Origin: an uncultured Actinomycetota bacterium
GTDB lineage: Bacteria > Actinomycetota > Thermoleophilia > RBG-16-64-13
Length of the DNA: 64,000 bases
NCBI GenBank assembly: GCA_963822135.1
Contig: CAWGGI010000001.1
Span: forward strand, 200,511 to 264,510
Direction of reading: 5' to 3'
Shown here: piece after piece, positions 47,581 through 57,577 of the stretch
Layout of the letters: each line of letters opens with the position of its first letter
Position numbering within the stretch: position 1 is the stretch's first letter
The notes under the pieces: model-generated
What the model was told of the DNA's origin: nothing
Database searches by the model: none
Seen by the model: only the letters and a program-made list of their open reading frames with translations
Made by a program: the position numbers and the translations under genes

Positions 47581-48497
47581 ATGGACGATATTCGTGAGAT
47601 AAGGCGCGTGTCCGAAAGCCGGCCCACCATCGAGGGCGCCGGCGTACACCTTCGCCGTGCATTCGGCTTCGGCCAGGAGACCCTGTTCGACCCCTTCCTG
47701 ATGCTCGACGACTTCCGCGGCGACGACCCGTCCCTCTATGCGGCAGGATTCCCCTGGCATCCCCATCGCGGTATCGAGACCATCACCTACATGCTCGAAG
47801 GCGAGGTGGATCACGCCGATTCGCTGGGCAACGCAGGGTCCATCCGCGGGGGTGACGTCCAGTGGATGACGGCGGGCAGCGGCATCATCCATCAGGAGAT
47901 GCCGCGCGGCGACCAGCGGGGCCGCATGGGCGGCTTCCAGCTCTGGGCGAACCTCCCGGCAGCCCTCAAGATGACCGAACCTCGCTATCAGGGCTTCGAG
48001 TCCCGCCAGATACCGGTGGCCACATCCAACGGAGCCAGGATCCGCGTTGTGTGCGGCACGGTGGGGGACACGGCCGGCCCGGTCCGTGGCATCGCTATCG
48101 AGCCGGAACTTCTGGAGGTCAGCCTCGAACCCGCGAACCGTCTGGTCGCATCCCACCCCGCCGGGGCATACCTTCTTCGCCTATCTCTTCGAGGGGGGCG
48201 TCCACTTCGGCGCCGTCGGCGACCCCCCGGCTGCCGGCGACCCGGCTGCCGGCGCTGCCGAGCGACATCTTGACCTCCGGACACGGGAAGGTAGTCCTCT
48301 TCGACGATGGCCGGGCCATCGTCGCCCGCGCCGGCGCGGGCGGAGCTCGGTTCCTGCTCGCGGGAGGTCGTCCTCTCCGGGAGCCTATCGCCTGGCGAGG
48401 CCCGGTAGTCATGAACACTCAGGCGGAGCTCGATCGGGCCTGGCGCGAACTCGCCGACGGGACGTTCGTCAAAGCCGGCGACCTCCGCATCGGCTGA
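47581..48497 (+). CDS. Pirin family protein, 2 apparent frameshifts (near 48130 and 48260)
   Basis: FPWHPHRGIETITYMLEGEVDHADSLGN...QLWANLP (ORF 47581), then ..HTFFAYLFEGGVHFG.. and the C-terminus ..GHGKVVLFDDGRAIVA...PIAWRGPVVMNTQAELDRAW (ORF 47862..48497). A 12-nt direct duplication GACCCGGCTGCCGGC lies at about 48220-48250. Confidence 0.75.
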
Positions 48498-48585
48498 GTC
48501 GGCGCGCGCGGGCGCTCGCGGCGGGGCACTCGAAGCTCCCGCTCGTACCTGCGATAATCGGGCGGTCCTCACAAAGGAGATCATC

Positions 48586-49369
48586 GTGTCCGACCTCAGG
48601 CTGGACCCCGACAAGCTGCCCGAGCACGCCGCGGCCAACCGCGAGAGCTGGAACGCCGACAGCGACACCTACCAGAGCGACCACGGGGCGCAACTGTCGG
48701 CCTCGGGAGGCCTGGGCTGGGGGGTGTGGCAGATCCCCGAGAGCCAACTCCAGGTACTCGGCGAGGTCGAAGGGCTCGACATCCTGGAGTTCGGGTGCGG
48801 GGCGGCCCAGTGGTCCATCGCGCTGGCGAAGGCCGGGGCGCGGCCGGTGGGGCTGGACCTCTCCGAGAAGCAACTCGAGCATGCCCGCAGGCTCATGGCC
48901 GAGGCCGGAGTGGACTTCCCCCTCGTCCACGCCAGCGCCGAGGCCGTGCCCTCTCCGGACGAGAGCTTCGACATCGTGTTCTGCGACTACGGGGCCATGA
49001 CCTTCGCCGACCCCTACGCCACTGTGCCCGAGGCCGCCCGACTGCTGCGGTCCCGGGGGCCTGCTGGCCTTCTGCGGCGCCACCCCCATCATCGAGATGT
49101 GCTATCCGGACGACGGCGACCACCCCGGCGACCGGCTGCTCACCGACTACTTCGGGATGTGGTCGCTTCCCTGGGAGGGCTACGTGGAGTTCATGCTCCC
49201 GTATGGCGCGTGGATCCGTCTCTTCCGGGCGCACGGCTTCGTCATCGAGGATCTCATCGAGCTGCGGCCCACGCCGGACGCCGTCAGCAGCTACCGCGAC
49301 GAATCGGACCGGGAATGGTATCGGCGCTGGCCGGGCGAGCAGATCTGGAAGGTGCGCAAGGAGGCGTAG
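48586..49369 (+). CDS. Class I SAM-dependent methyltransferase, apparent frameshift near 49070
   Basis: ILEFGCGAAQWSIALAKAGARPVGLDLSEKQLEHARR...FDIVFCDYGAMTF (ORF 48586), then ...LLTDYFGMWSLPWEGYVEFML... (ORF 49097..49369). Confidence 0.65.
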
Positions 49370-49474
49370 GCACCGGCGGCGACGGGACGGCCGGCGCAGC
49401 ATCTCCCTGCGGCCTGTCCACGCGCCACCGCCCGCGGGGCCGGCCGGCGCCCTACGGTCCCTCTGTCACGATCT

Positions 49475-49837
49475 TCAACTCCAGCTCCTGCTGCTCACAG
49501 ATCTGACGGACCTGCTCGACAAGTTCGGAAGGCGGAAAGGCGACGGTCCCCTCGACCCATGACGGGCACCACCAGGTGACCTACTGACCCGCGGCGAGAC
49601 CCTCAAGGCCGACGTGAGAGCATCGATGCCGTCGAGGCGTCCTTCAGGCGCTTGCATCTCGTCGACCGTCTTCGCCCGGTTCGTGCCTTCAAGGAGCGAG
49701 AAGCGCCAATCCTCACCCTCCTGCCAGCTGTAGAGCTCCCAGCCTTTCATGGAGGTCTTGTCCGGCTCGGCGGCGCCTCCGCAGCCGAAGATACGGCCTA
49801 GCCAGATTGATCGAGCCGAGAACGAAAGCGGCAGCAA
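49475..49837 (-). CDS. Hypothetical small protein (possible lipoprotein; frame uncertain)
   Basis: IFGCGGAAEPDKTSMKGWELYSWQEGEDWRFSLLEGTNRAKTVDEM...; an alternative frame encodes ...ELVEQVRQICEQQELELKIVTEGP*. Confidence 0.3.
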   Translation of the reverse strand: MLPLSFSARSIWLGRIFGCGGAAEPDKTSMKGWELYSWQEGEDWRFSLLEGTNRAKTVDEMQAPEGRLDGIDALTSALRVSPRVSRSPGGARHGSRGPSPFRLPNLSSRSVRSVSSRSWS

Positions 49838-49891
49838 GAAGTGCGCCCGATGACGCAGACGAACGCCGGCGCCCGCCGCTAACAGCCGATG

Positions 49892-51312
49892 TCATCGCGT
49901 GCTCCTAGTCTCGCGGAAGCTGCCGCAGCCAGTTGTAGCCGGCAAGTATTGCCGGTGACGACCAGTCCGGCCAGGATCCAGATAGATCCCCCTCTTGGAC
50001 CGGCACCTTCTGGCCGTCTCGTCCCGGTCGCCAGGCGTCATCGACGCCCCTATGCTGCCTTCGCCCTGTCCGTCATGCCGGTCCTCCAACTCGGCCACCA
50101 GTTCGTCCAGGAAGAGGCCCACGTCGGTGACGATGCCGATGGTCTGGAAGCTTCCCCGGTCGGACAAGCTTGGTGGCGGCCGCCGGGTTGATGTCCACGC
50201 AGACCGTGTGCACTGAGCCGGGCAGGAGGTTGCCGGTGGCGATGGAGTGCAGCATGCTGCACAGCATCAGGCAGAGCCCGGCGCCGCGCACGTGCTCGCG
50301 CATGCGCTGCTGCGCCTCCACCGCGTCGGTGATCACGTCGGGCAGGGGGCCGTCATCGCGGATGGAGCCGGCCAGCACGTAGGGGATCGCCTGCTGCACG
50401 ATCTCGTAGAACAGGCCCGAAGTGAGCACGCCCTGCTCCACCGCCTGGCGGATGCCGCCGCAGCGGCGGATGCGGTTGATGGCGCGCAGATGATGCTCGT
50501 GGCCTCCTTCGACCGATTCGCCCTCGGTCAGGTTGATGCCCAGCGAGGTGTCGAAGAAGGCCGACTCGATGTCGTGCGACGGCGACGGCGTTGCCGCCGA
50601 ACACCACGTCGATCCAGCCCGCCGGCCACCAGCTTGGCGAAGGCCGGGGCGGCGCCGGTGTGGACCACGGCCGGTCCCAGCACAGCCACGATCTTCTTGC
50701 CTTCGCCCGGATCTCCCGCATGAGCCGGGCCACCTGCGCGACCACCAGCCGCTTGGGCTTCTCCGACGACACCGCCGAGCCCATGAACTCGAAAGCCCGG
50801 GAGGCGCGGTCGCGGCCCAGGGGAACCACGCGGATGCCGCGAGTGCCCACCACGAAGAGGTCGCCGGCCTGCACCTGGATCAGCGGTACGGTCCGGGCCG
50901 TGCCCGCCGCGGCATCGACCACGATGCCGCAGTCCATCTCCGGCCACTCCACCGGGATCCAGCGGCCGTCGAGGCGGACGAACGTCTCCAGGTTGGTGGT
51001 GGAGTAGAAGTCCTCGGGGAAGACGCCGTCGGCGGGGGCCGCCTCCAGCCGGACGTCGTCCTGCTCGACGAGCTCGACCCCGTGCTGCTGCAGGTCGCGC
51101 AGGATGGCGTCCAGCTGCTCCTCGTCGGTGCGCCGTGACCCGCAGGACGGCCAGGGAGTGGTCGTCCTTCTCGCGCCCCATCTGAAGCGCAGGATGCGGT
51201 ACTCGCCGCCGCGCTCCAGGATGTCGTCGAGCACCTGCGGCAGGAGGAGCGAGTCGATGATGTGCCCCTCGAGCTTGATGTCTTCGTAGGCGCTCAATCC
51301 GCCTCGGCTCAA
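49892..51312 (-). CDS. LOR/SDH-domain (TIGR00300-like) protein, 2 or more apparent frameshifts; 3' end uncertain
   Basis: [41 protein letters not shown]...EMDCGIVVD...[15 protein letters not shown] (ORF 50353..51312). Continues as ..[43 protein letters not shown]... (ORF 50073..50441) and ..[21 protein letters not shown] (ORF 49892..50167). Confidence 0.45.
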
Positions 51313-51551
51313 TGGTAGTTCTGATGCTTGCCGTCACATTGAGGGGGCTTTTCCGTCAGCCCACAGCTGCACAGCGACACGGTCCCCCTGCCGGTCGATT
51401 CGAAGGCGAGGGGCTCCATGCCGGTGCCCTCGTGAGAGCCGTCGCAGAACGGCACGTTCTTGGTCTCGCCGCACTGGCACCAGTAATGGGTGCCGGCCGG
51501 GAGGCGGTGCATAGAGGGCATGTTCAAACCGGCCGCGTTCTTGAACTTCAT
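51309..51551 (-). CDS. CDGSH iron-sulfur domain protein (two CDGSH-type motifs)
   Basis: CQCGETKNVPFCDGSH and CSCGLTEKPPQCDGKH. Confidence 0.8.
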   Translation of the reverse strand: MKFKNAAGLNMPSMHRLPAGTHYWCQCGETKNVPFCDGSHEGTGMEPLAFESTGRGTVSLCSCGLTEKPPQCDGKHQNYH

Positions 51552-51579
51552 GTCTCCTCCCCTTCCCTGGTCAGCGCGA

Positions 51580-52153
51580 TCAGTAGGCCTCGACCCAGAG
51601 CTCGTAGTAGGCCTGAGCGTGCTTGCAGGCCGGGCACTCGTCCGGGGCCTCAGTGCCTTCGTGGATGTAGCCGCAGTTGCGGCAGTGCCACTTCACCACC
51701 GTGTCGCGCTTGAACACGCGGCCGTTCTCGACATTGGCCAGCAGCTTGCGGTAGCGGAGCTCGTGCTGCTCCTCGACCTCGGCGATCTCGGTGAACGACA
51801 CGGCGACGTCCGCGAAGCCCTTCCTTCTTGGCCGTGGCCGCGAAGTCGGGGTAGAGGATGCCCCACTCTTCCTTCTCTCCTTCGGCTGCGGCCAGAAGGT
51901 TGTCGGCGGTACTGGAGGTCACTGCCGCTGGATAGGTGGCGGTGATCTCCAGAGGACCACCTTCCAGGTAGTCGAAGAAGACCTGCGCGTGCTCCTTCTC
52001 GTTGGCAGCCGTCTCCTCGAAGATGGCCGCGATCTGCTCGAAGCCCTCCTTGCGCGCCTTGCTCGCGAAGAAGGTGTAGCGGTTCCGTGCCTGGCTCTCG
52101 CCGGCGAACGCCTTAAGCAGGTTCTGTTCGGTCTTGGTCCCTTTGATGCTCAT
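51580..52153 (-). CDS. Rubrerythrin, apparent frameshift near 51830
   Basis: N-terminal ferritin-like domain NLLKAFAGESQARNRYTFFASKARKEGFEQIAAIFEETAANEKEHA (ORF 51650..52153). C-terminal rubredoxin-like domain VVKWHCRNCGYIHEGTEAPDECPACKHAQAYYEL (ORF 51580..51801). Confidence 0.8.
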
Positions 52154-52358
52154 GGCCAGAAGTCTCCTCTCCGAGAAGGACTACACAGCAAGACACCTCA
52201 TGACAGGCGAGATACCCTCGATATCAGGATGGCATACAAGTCCCGGGATTGTCAGCCCCAGAGCACCGGGGCATGCGTTGCCGTTGGTCCCGGGCTGACC
52301 ACGCCGTATCCCGGCCGGCCGCGGGACGGCTACGCCTGGGCGGCCACCAATGGGACGG

Positions 52359-53729
52359 CTACGCCGTGGGATCGGTGACTCTGCCGAGGAAGAGGATGGC
52401 TCCCGTGTCGCGGTCCCGCAGCGCGAAGATGAACGGGCGGTCGATCCGCATCTGCACCGTTTCCATCGGGGCGGCGGCGACGCGCATGATGACGGCCGTG
52501 GCTGCTGCGGCTTCGGTGCCTTCCTCATCCACCGCGATGTAGGCTTCGTGGACCACGTCGCTGATGTACAGGGGCTCCTGCCTGGTCATGCCCGAGAAAT
52601 CGGCCGTCTGGCTGTCGAACGCCTTCTCCATACCCAAGGCTTTCAGCGCGTCGGCCAGACCCGCCTGGGTGCGGAACTCGAACGTGGGGATCGTCAGTTG
52701 TACCTCGGGGCCGGTCGTCAGCGCCGCCGCCGCGGTCTCGACGAGGCCGCTGTTCAAACGACCCTCGATCTCGGCAAAGCGACCCTCATCGGGGAGGATC
52801 ACCAGCATGGCCAACTCGTCCCTGGCGTAGGGCAGCTCCACAGCCTGCCAGCCGTCTCCTTTGCCGTATGCGAACCCCGCAGACTGGCTCATCAGGGGCG
52901 CGGTCACGACCGAGCCCGACAGAGTGGTGAAGGGACCGTCAGCGGTTGCGTCCTTGTCGAAGGGCGACGCCCAGGTGGCGTCCAGATAGACCGCGTTGAC
53001 CAGCACCAGACGGGTCAGCGCATCGAGCGCGTCAGCGGGGAGCAGATCGGTGATCTTCTCTTCGGTCTGCTCGGCCACCCATTCGTTGATGGTCTCACGG
53101 GCCGCCTCGGCGGCCTTCTTGAAATCGACCAGGCGCACCCCTGCCCCGTAGTTCGCCGCCAGGGTGTCCAGGAAGAGCGCATCGAAGACCAGGTCTCTCT
53201 GCGCCCACAAGCTGTTCGCGGTCTTGACCAGCACGCCCTGTTCGTTGCCCTCGGGGTCCTTGCCCTCCCAGCTTCGCGACTCGATGAGCGAGTCGAGCGC
53301 GTTGAACGCCTGGTGCAGGGCATCTCCCTGGAGCTCGAAGTGCAGGGTCTTCGCCATCTCGTCGGCGGTGGAGCCCACGGCTCCCGCGTAGGTCATCGCC
53401 AGCGCGGTGACGATGCTGGCGGGCGAGACGACGAGGTTGCCGCCCGCCGCGTCTCTTGCCAAGACGGAATAGAGGTCGGCCCCGAAGGCGCCGATAGCGG
53501 CCGACGCGGCAAGGACATCTTCTCGTGGTGCGGAGGAGGCTACGCGGGAAAGGTCGGACGACGCCAGCGCGAGGCCGCCCTCAGATGCACTGCCGTCCGC
53601 GGTGGCAGAAGACGTCGTGGCCTCGGTGCTGTGCGTGGTGGTATCAGGCACGTCGTCTCCAGCGCATGAGATCACGAACAACAGTAGCCCCATCAGCAGG
53701 CCAGAGACAAGCAGACGCGAGTCGAACAT
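52359..53729 (-). CDS. Serpin (serine protease inhibitor) lipoprotein with a Thr/Ser-rich linker
   Basis: Intact 456 aa. Lipobox LFVISCAGD; serpin body (NLVVSPASIVTALAMTYAGA...); reactive-centre-loop hinge GTEAAAATAV; C-terminal PFIFALRDRDTGAILFLGRV. Confidence 0.85.
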   Translation of the reverse strand: MFDSRLLVSGLLMGLLLFVISCAGDDVPDTTTHSTEATTSSATADGSASEGGLALASSDLSRVASSAPREDVLAASAAIGAFGADLYSVLARDAAGGNLVVSPASIVTALAMTYAGAVGSTADEMAKTLHFELQGDALHQAFNALDSLIESRSWEGKDPEGNEQGVLVKTANSLWAQRDLVFDALFLDTLAANYGAGVRLVDFKKAAEAARETINEWVAEQTEEKITDLLPADALDALTRLVLVNAVYLDATWASPFDKDATADGPFTTLSGSVVTAPLMSQSAGFAYGKGDGWQAVELPYARDELAMLVILPDEGRFAEIEGRLNSGLVETAAAALTTGPEVQLTIPTFEFRTQAGLADALKALGMEKAFDSQTADFSGMTRQEPLYISDVVHEAYIAVDEEGTEAAAATAVIMRVAAAPMETVQMRIDRPFIFALRDRDTGAILFLGRVTDPTA

Positions 53730-53804
53730 GGCATGCCCCTTCCCCTGGTCGACCCTCGTCCGACGGTCGGCAACGGGGGATGGGTTCCTGGCGCTCCTGC
53801 TGCT

Positions 53805-53864
53805 TTGACACTTCTGCCGCCAGGGGGAATAATTGTGGCTACGTATATGCAGGTATCACATACC
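53805..53864 (+). promoter_or_regulatory. Consensus-like promoter (TTGACA-17-AATAAT) upstream of the LCP gene, followed by the palindrome GGTATCACATACC
   Basis: -35 at 53805-53810, -10 at 53828-53833, palindrome at 53852-53864; in the serpin/LCP divergent intergenic region. Confidence 0.45.
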
Positions 53865-53926
53865 ACACGCGCGGGTAGCAGGGGAACCGTCGCCCTCCGA
53901 GAATCTGTCGTAGCGACGGATTCCTC

Positions 53927-55423
53927 ATGAGGCCCACCGTATACACCAGTCGTCCTCGGGACAGCTATCCCGCCCGTCTCTTGCGGGCGCTGTACTCGGC
54001 CATCATCCCTGGGGTGGGACAACTCGTGGCCGGGATGCGGCGGCGCGGCCTGGTTCTCCTGGGCATCTTCCTGGTCGTTTCGCTCGTGGGCGTGATCGTC
54101 CTGACGCAGGGCATCGATACCGTTCTCGGCTGGGTCGTTCAGCCGAAGGTCCTCATGACGTTGCTGTGGGTGAACATCATCGTGATGCTCGTGCGGATGT
54201 TCGCCGTCATCGACGCCTGGCTCACCGCCAAGACGGGCACGTTGAAACCCATGCGTCTCTCTGGGCCGGGCATGCTTCTGACCGGGGCGGGCCTCGTCCT
54301 TATCCTGGTGTTCACCGTGGCTCCCCATGCAGTCGCGGGGTACTACACCGTCGTGTCGCACAACCTGCTGACGTCGGTCTTCGCAAGCGACGACGGCAAC
54401 GGTTCCAAGCCCTCGTCCACCACCAACCGTTCGACCAACACCTCCTCCGGCTCCTCAGGCTCGGATACTACGGCCACCAGCGAGACGACCACGACCACGG
54501 TCCCCCTCGATTGGGGCACCGACGGCCGGATGACGATAGTCCTGATCGGGACCGACGCCGGTTACGGGCGCACGGGGGCGCGCGCCGACTCCGTCAACGT
54601 CGCCACCGTCAACGTCAAGACTGGGGATGTCGCCGTCTTCGGTCTCCCGCGCAACACGGGTAACACCCCTCTGGGCAAGAAGACCTCGGCAGCCCTGGGC
54701 ATGAAGACCTATCCCGAGATGCTCAACAGCCTCTACACGGCCGCCCTGAAGCACCCGGAGATCGCTCCTGAGGGTGGCGATCCGGGGGCGGAGGCCATCC
54801 GGGAGACAGCCAGCCTCATCCTCGGCATCCCAGTCGACTACTACGCCGTCGTCAACATGATGGGTCTGGTTGACATGGTCGACGCCCTCGGGGGCATCGA
54901 TATCAATGTCAAGAAAGCGCTCCACATCACCTACCATCCCCTCCAGGCAGGTGAGACCAAGAAGGCTTACGTCTTCGAAGTGGGCGTCAACCATCTGGAC
55001 GGGTTGGAAGCTCTCGCCTTCGCCCGCAACCGCTCCGACAGCGACGACTACGTGCGCATGTCGAGACAGCGCTGCGTGATCATGGCGATGCTCTACCAGA
55101 ACGGAGTGTCCGAACTCACACTCCGCTTCCCCAAGATCGCATCTGCTCTCCAGAAGAGCGTGGCCACCAGTATCCCCGTGAGCGCCCTGCCGGAGCTGAT
55201 CAAGCTGCGCAGCAAGGTGAACGCCAGCGAGATGATCGCCGTGGGCTTCACGCCGCCCGACTGGATCAGCGGTTACACCGAGAAGCGGTACAACGTGCTC
55301 GACTTCCCCAAGGTCAAAGCGGCCGTTCAGAAGATCGTCAAGACCCCCGACGTCTGGATCGCCGAGCATCCGGCGGTCGCCGCCGCCGGCGGGACCTCCG
55401 ACTGCTGGAAGATCGCCGACTAG
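53927..55423 (+). CDS. LCP (LytR-CpsA-Psr) family cell-envelope phosphotransferase
   Basis: TM N-terminus, Ser/Thr-rich linker, LCP domain (MTIVLIGTDAGYGRTGARADSVNVATVNVKTGDVAVFGLPRNT...). Confidence 0.85.
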   Translation: MRPTVYTSRPRDSYPARLLRALYSAIIPGVGQLVAGMRRRGLVLLGIFLVVSLVGVIVLTQGIDTVLGWVVQPKVLMTLLWVNIIVMLVRMFAVIDAWLTAKTGTLKPMRLSGPGMLLTGAGLVLILVFTVAPHAVAGYYTVVSHNLLTSVFASDDGNGSKPSSTTNRSTNTSSGSSGSDTTATSETTTTTVPLDWGTDGRMTIVLIGTDAGYGRTGARADSVNVATVNVKTGDVAVFGLPRNTGNTPLGKKTSAALGMKTYPEMLNSLYTAALKHPEIAPEGGDPGAEAIRETASLILGIPVDYYAVVNMMGLVDMVDALGGIDINVKKALHITYHPLQAGETKKAYVFEVGVNHLDGLEALAFARNRSDSDDYVRMSRQRCVIMAMLYQNGVSELTLRFPKIASALQKSVATSIPVSALPELIKLRSKVNASEMIAVGFTPPDWISGYTEKRYNVLDFPKVKAAVQKIVKTPDVWIAEHPAVAAAGGTSDCWKIAD

Positions 55424-55546
55424 CACGTTGAACAGCGGGCGCCCTTCGCAGGGCGGCCGACTCCGTCTCGACTTCATCTCACCGCCGTCGTTCCGGCTCC
55501 TTCCGCACGCCCTCATCACCGGCCAAGCCCGTTCGTGACCTGGCGG

Positions 55547-55596
55547 TATTGATAAAATCAATATAGGACTTGACTTTTTTAAGATATCTACTATCA
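55547..55596 (+). promoter_or_regulatory. AT-rich promoter island: perfect palindrome ATTGATAAAATCAAT, then TTGACT-16-TATCAT
   Basis: 55545-55625 is about 30% GC in a 70% GC genome. Palindrome at 55547-55561, -35 at 55569-55574, -10 at 55591-55596, and the DUF2089 gene ATG at 55646. Confidence 0.5.
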
Positions 55597-55645
55597 TGGC
55601 ATTGACTAAAGCAACAATACGACTCACGCGGACGCGGAGGCGACT

Positions 55646-56005
55646 ATGGGTGAGTGGCAGGCATTGACCGACCTGGTGGGCGATAGACCGTTCGTGGTGA
55701 CAGAGGTGCGTCTCACAGATCAGGACATCGCGATCAGAGGGGAGTTCGAACTCCCCACACTCGCGGGACTCCGCTTCGAGGACCAGGTGTTCATCAGCGA
55801 GTTCGTACGATGCCACGGTTCCATCAAATACATGGAGAAGGCCTTCGGCATCAGCTATCCCACCGTCAAGAACCGGCTCAACCGTATCGTCCAGCAACTC
55901 CACCTCGTGGAGGTGGAGCGGGTGGACGAGAGAGACGAGATCTTCGATCTGCTCGAGCGCGGGCAGATCTCCGTCCAGGAAGCGACCGAAAGGCTGGGCC
56001 AATGA
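55646..56005 (+). CDS. DUF2089 family protein (putative HTH regulator)
   Basis: 119 aa; FISEFVRCHGSIKYMEKAFGISYPTVKNRLNRIVQQL matches the conserved DUF2089 C-terminal motif as I recall it. Confidence 0.65.
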   Translation: MGEWQALTDLVGDRPFVVTEVRLTDQDIAIRGEFELPTLAGLRFEDQVFISEFVRCHGSIKYMEKAFGISYPTVKNRLNRIVQQLHLVEVERVDERDEIFDLLERGQISVQEATERLGQ

Positions 56006-56283
56006 AGATCCCGCCGTATGCCGTGGCGCTCCGTATCGTAGAGCAGGGGCGTACCAAGTTCAGGATCTGGTTTCCCCTCTTCCTGCTGTGGCCTCTCGCC
56101 GTCCCCCTGCTCATACTCACCTTCATGGCCACCCTTCTGGTCGACGCCGTCCGCATGCTCGCAGGACATCGGGACTCGTACACCCGCCTTGCGGTCGGCG
56201 TGCTGGAGGTGGTGGGCGAGACCAGAGGTGTGGAGGTCTACATCCAGGACAAAGCCCGTACCTTTGCGTTGAGACTGAGCTGA
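56002..56283 (+). CDS. Small membrane protein (93 aa), translationally coupled (ATGA) to the DUF2089 gene
   Basis: MKIPPYAVALRIVEQGRTKFRIWFPLFLLWPLAVPLLILTFMATLLV... Confidence 0.4.
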   Translation: MKIPPYAVALRIVEQGRTKFRIWFPLFLLWPLAVPLLILTFMATLLVDAVRMLAGHRDSYTRLAVGVLEVVGETRGVEVYIQDKARTFALRLS

Positions 56284-56331
56284 AGCCAAACCGATCCATC
56301 GACCGGACCGAGCCTTCGAAAGGAGAACATC

Positions 56332-56754
56332 ATGAGCCAGGAACGCGATCGCATACTCGACCTGCTGGCCGCCGGCAAGATAACGACGGAAGAAGCCAGC
56401 CGTCTGCTCGATGCCGTGGAGGCGAGAGCGGCGCAGCCGCCCGCGGCGGCTGCGCCCAAGAACGGGTCCGGTGACCTGCCCAAGTTCATCTACGTGAAGG
56501 TGATCAGCACCCAGGGCGACAACGTCAACGTCAAGGTCCCGCTGAGCCTTGTCAAGGCGGGGCTCAAGCTCACGTCGTTCATCCCGCAGCCGGCGATGGA
56601 GCAGATCAACAAGTCCATGTCGGACAAAGGGATGTCCGTGGACCTCCTCAACTTCAAAGCCCAAGATCTGGAAGAACTGATCGAGGCCCTCCGGGAGATG
56701 GAGGTCAACGTGGACGCGGCCAACGGTGATAATGTCCGCGTATACGCTGCCTGA
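56332..56754 (+). CDS. SHOCT-like N-terminal motif protein with a beta-strand-rich C-terminal part (toastrack/DUF4097-like?)
   Basis: RILDLLAAGKITTEEASRLLDAV (SHOCT-like) ... GDNVNVKVPLSLVKAG ... NGDNVRVY. Confidence 0.4.
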   Translation: MSQERDRILDLLAAGKITTEEASRLLDAVEARAAQPPAAAAPKNGSGDLPKFIYVKVISTQGDNVNVKVPLSLVKAGLKLTSFIPQPAMEQINKSMSDKGMSVDLLNFKAQDLEELIEALREMEVNVDAANGDNVRVYAA

Positions 56755-56801
56755 CGGAGGCGGCACGACGACCGCAGTCCGCAGCTAGGAAGGGAGGGGC
56801 C

Positions 56802-57521
56802 GTGCAACCGGATGTCTCGCCCATCATCGAGCGGCTGTCCATCCGAGAGCCGCTCATAGGGTTCTACGATGCGCCCGACGCCGGCCCCTTCGAGCCTCTG
56901 CTGGTGCCCAAAGGGCGGCAGTGCGTGTTCAAGGCCTACCCAGACTGGCGCGCGGGCAAGACCCTTCACCTGACGAAGGCCAGGCATGGATGCGGTGCGA
57001 TGCACCTGCTCGATATGGAGGAGCGGTCTCGCGAGGACCTGGTGACGTTCCTCTGCGACGAAGAAGGACTCAAGGCCTCGCACGACCTCATGGACCTGTG
57101 GCTCGACTCAGCCCCGCGCTACCATCCTCGGCACGACAACGTGCTTATCGGACCTCTGCGCCCGAGCCAGTACGAGTACCTGCGTACCGTCACCTTCTAC
57201 GTGAACCCCGACCAGCTGTCGGTGCTTTTCGCGGGGGCGATCTACTACAGCCACCCGGACGATCTGACGCCGGTCATCTCGCGGTTCGGCTCCGGCTGCA
57301 TGCAGCTGGCCGCCCTGTTCGACGATCTGGAGGCTCCCCAGGCGCTCATCGGCGCACTGGACCAGGCCGCGCGGGCGGACCTCGATCCCTGCATCCTCGC
57401 CTTCACCGTGACCAGACCGATGTTCGAACTGCTGTGTCGCTGGGCGACCGACCCCCGCGGCTCCCTCCACAATCGGTTCCTGGGAACGCTGCTCAGGGCG
57501 CGGGGAGGCTCCCTGGGGTAG
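56802..57521 (+). CDS. Conserved hypothetical protein (possibly DUF169 family)
   Basis: 239 aa, Cys-containing (CVFKAY, HGCGAMHLL, FLCDEEG, GSGCMQLAA); no confident family assignment from sequence alone. Confidence 0.35.
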   Translation: MQPDVSPIIERLSIREPLIGFYDAPDAGPFEPLLVPKGRQCVFKAYPDWRAGKTLHLTKARHGCGAMHLLDMEERSREDLVTFLCDEEGLKASHDLMDLWLDSAPRYHPRHDNVLIGPLRPSQYEYLRTVTFYVNPDQLSVLFAGAIYYSHPDDLTPVISRFGSGCMQLAALFDDLEAPQALIGALDQAARADLDPCILAFTVTRPMFELLCRWATDPRGSLHNRFLGTLLRARGGSLG

Positions 57522-57577
57522 TACCGACACGGGCTCGGCTCCGGTCGACCGGAGCCGCCAAGGCGGATGCGGCCCCG

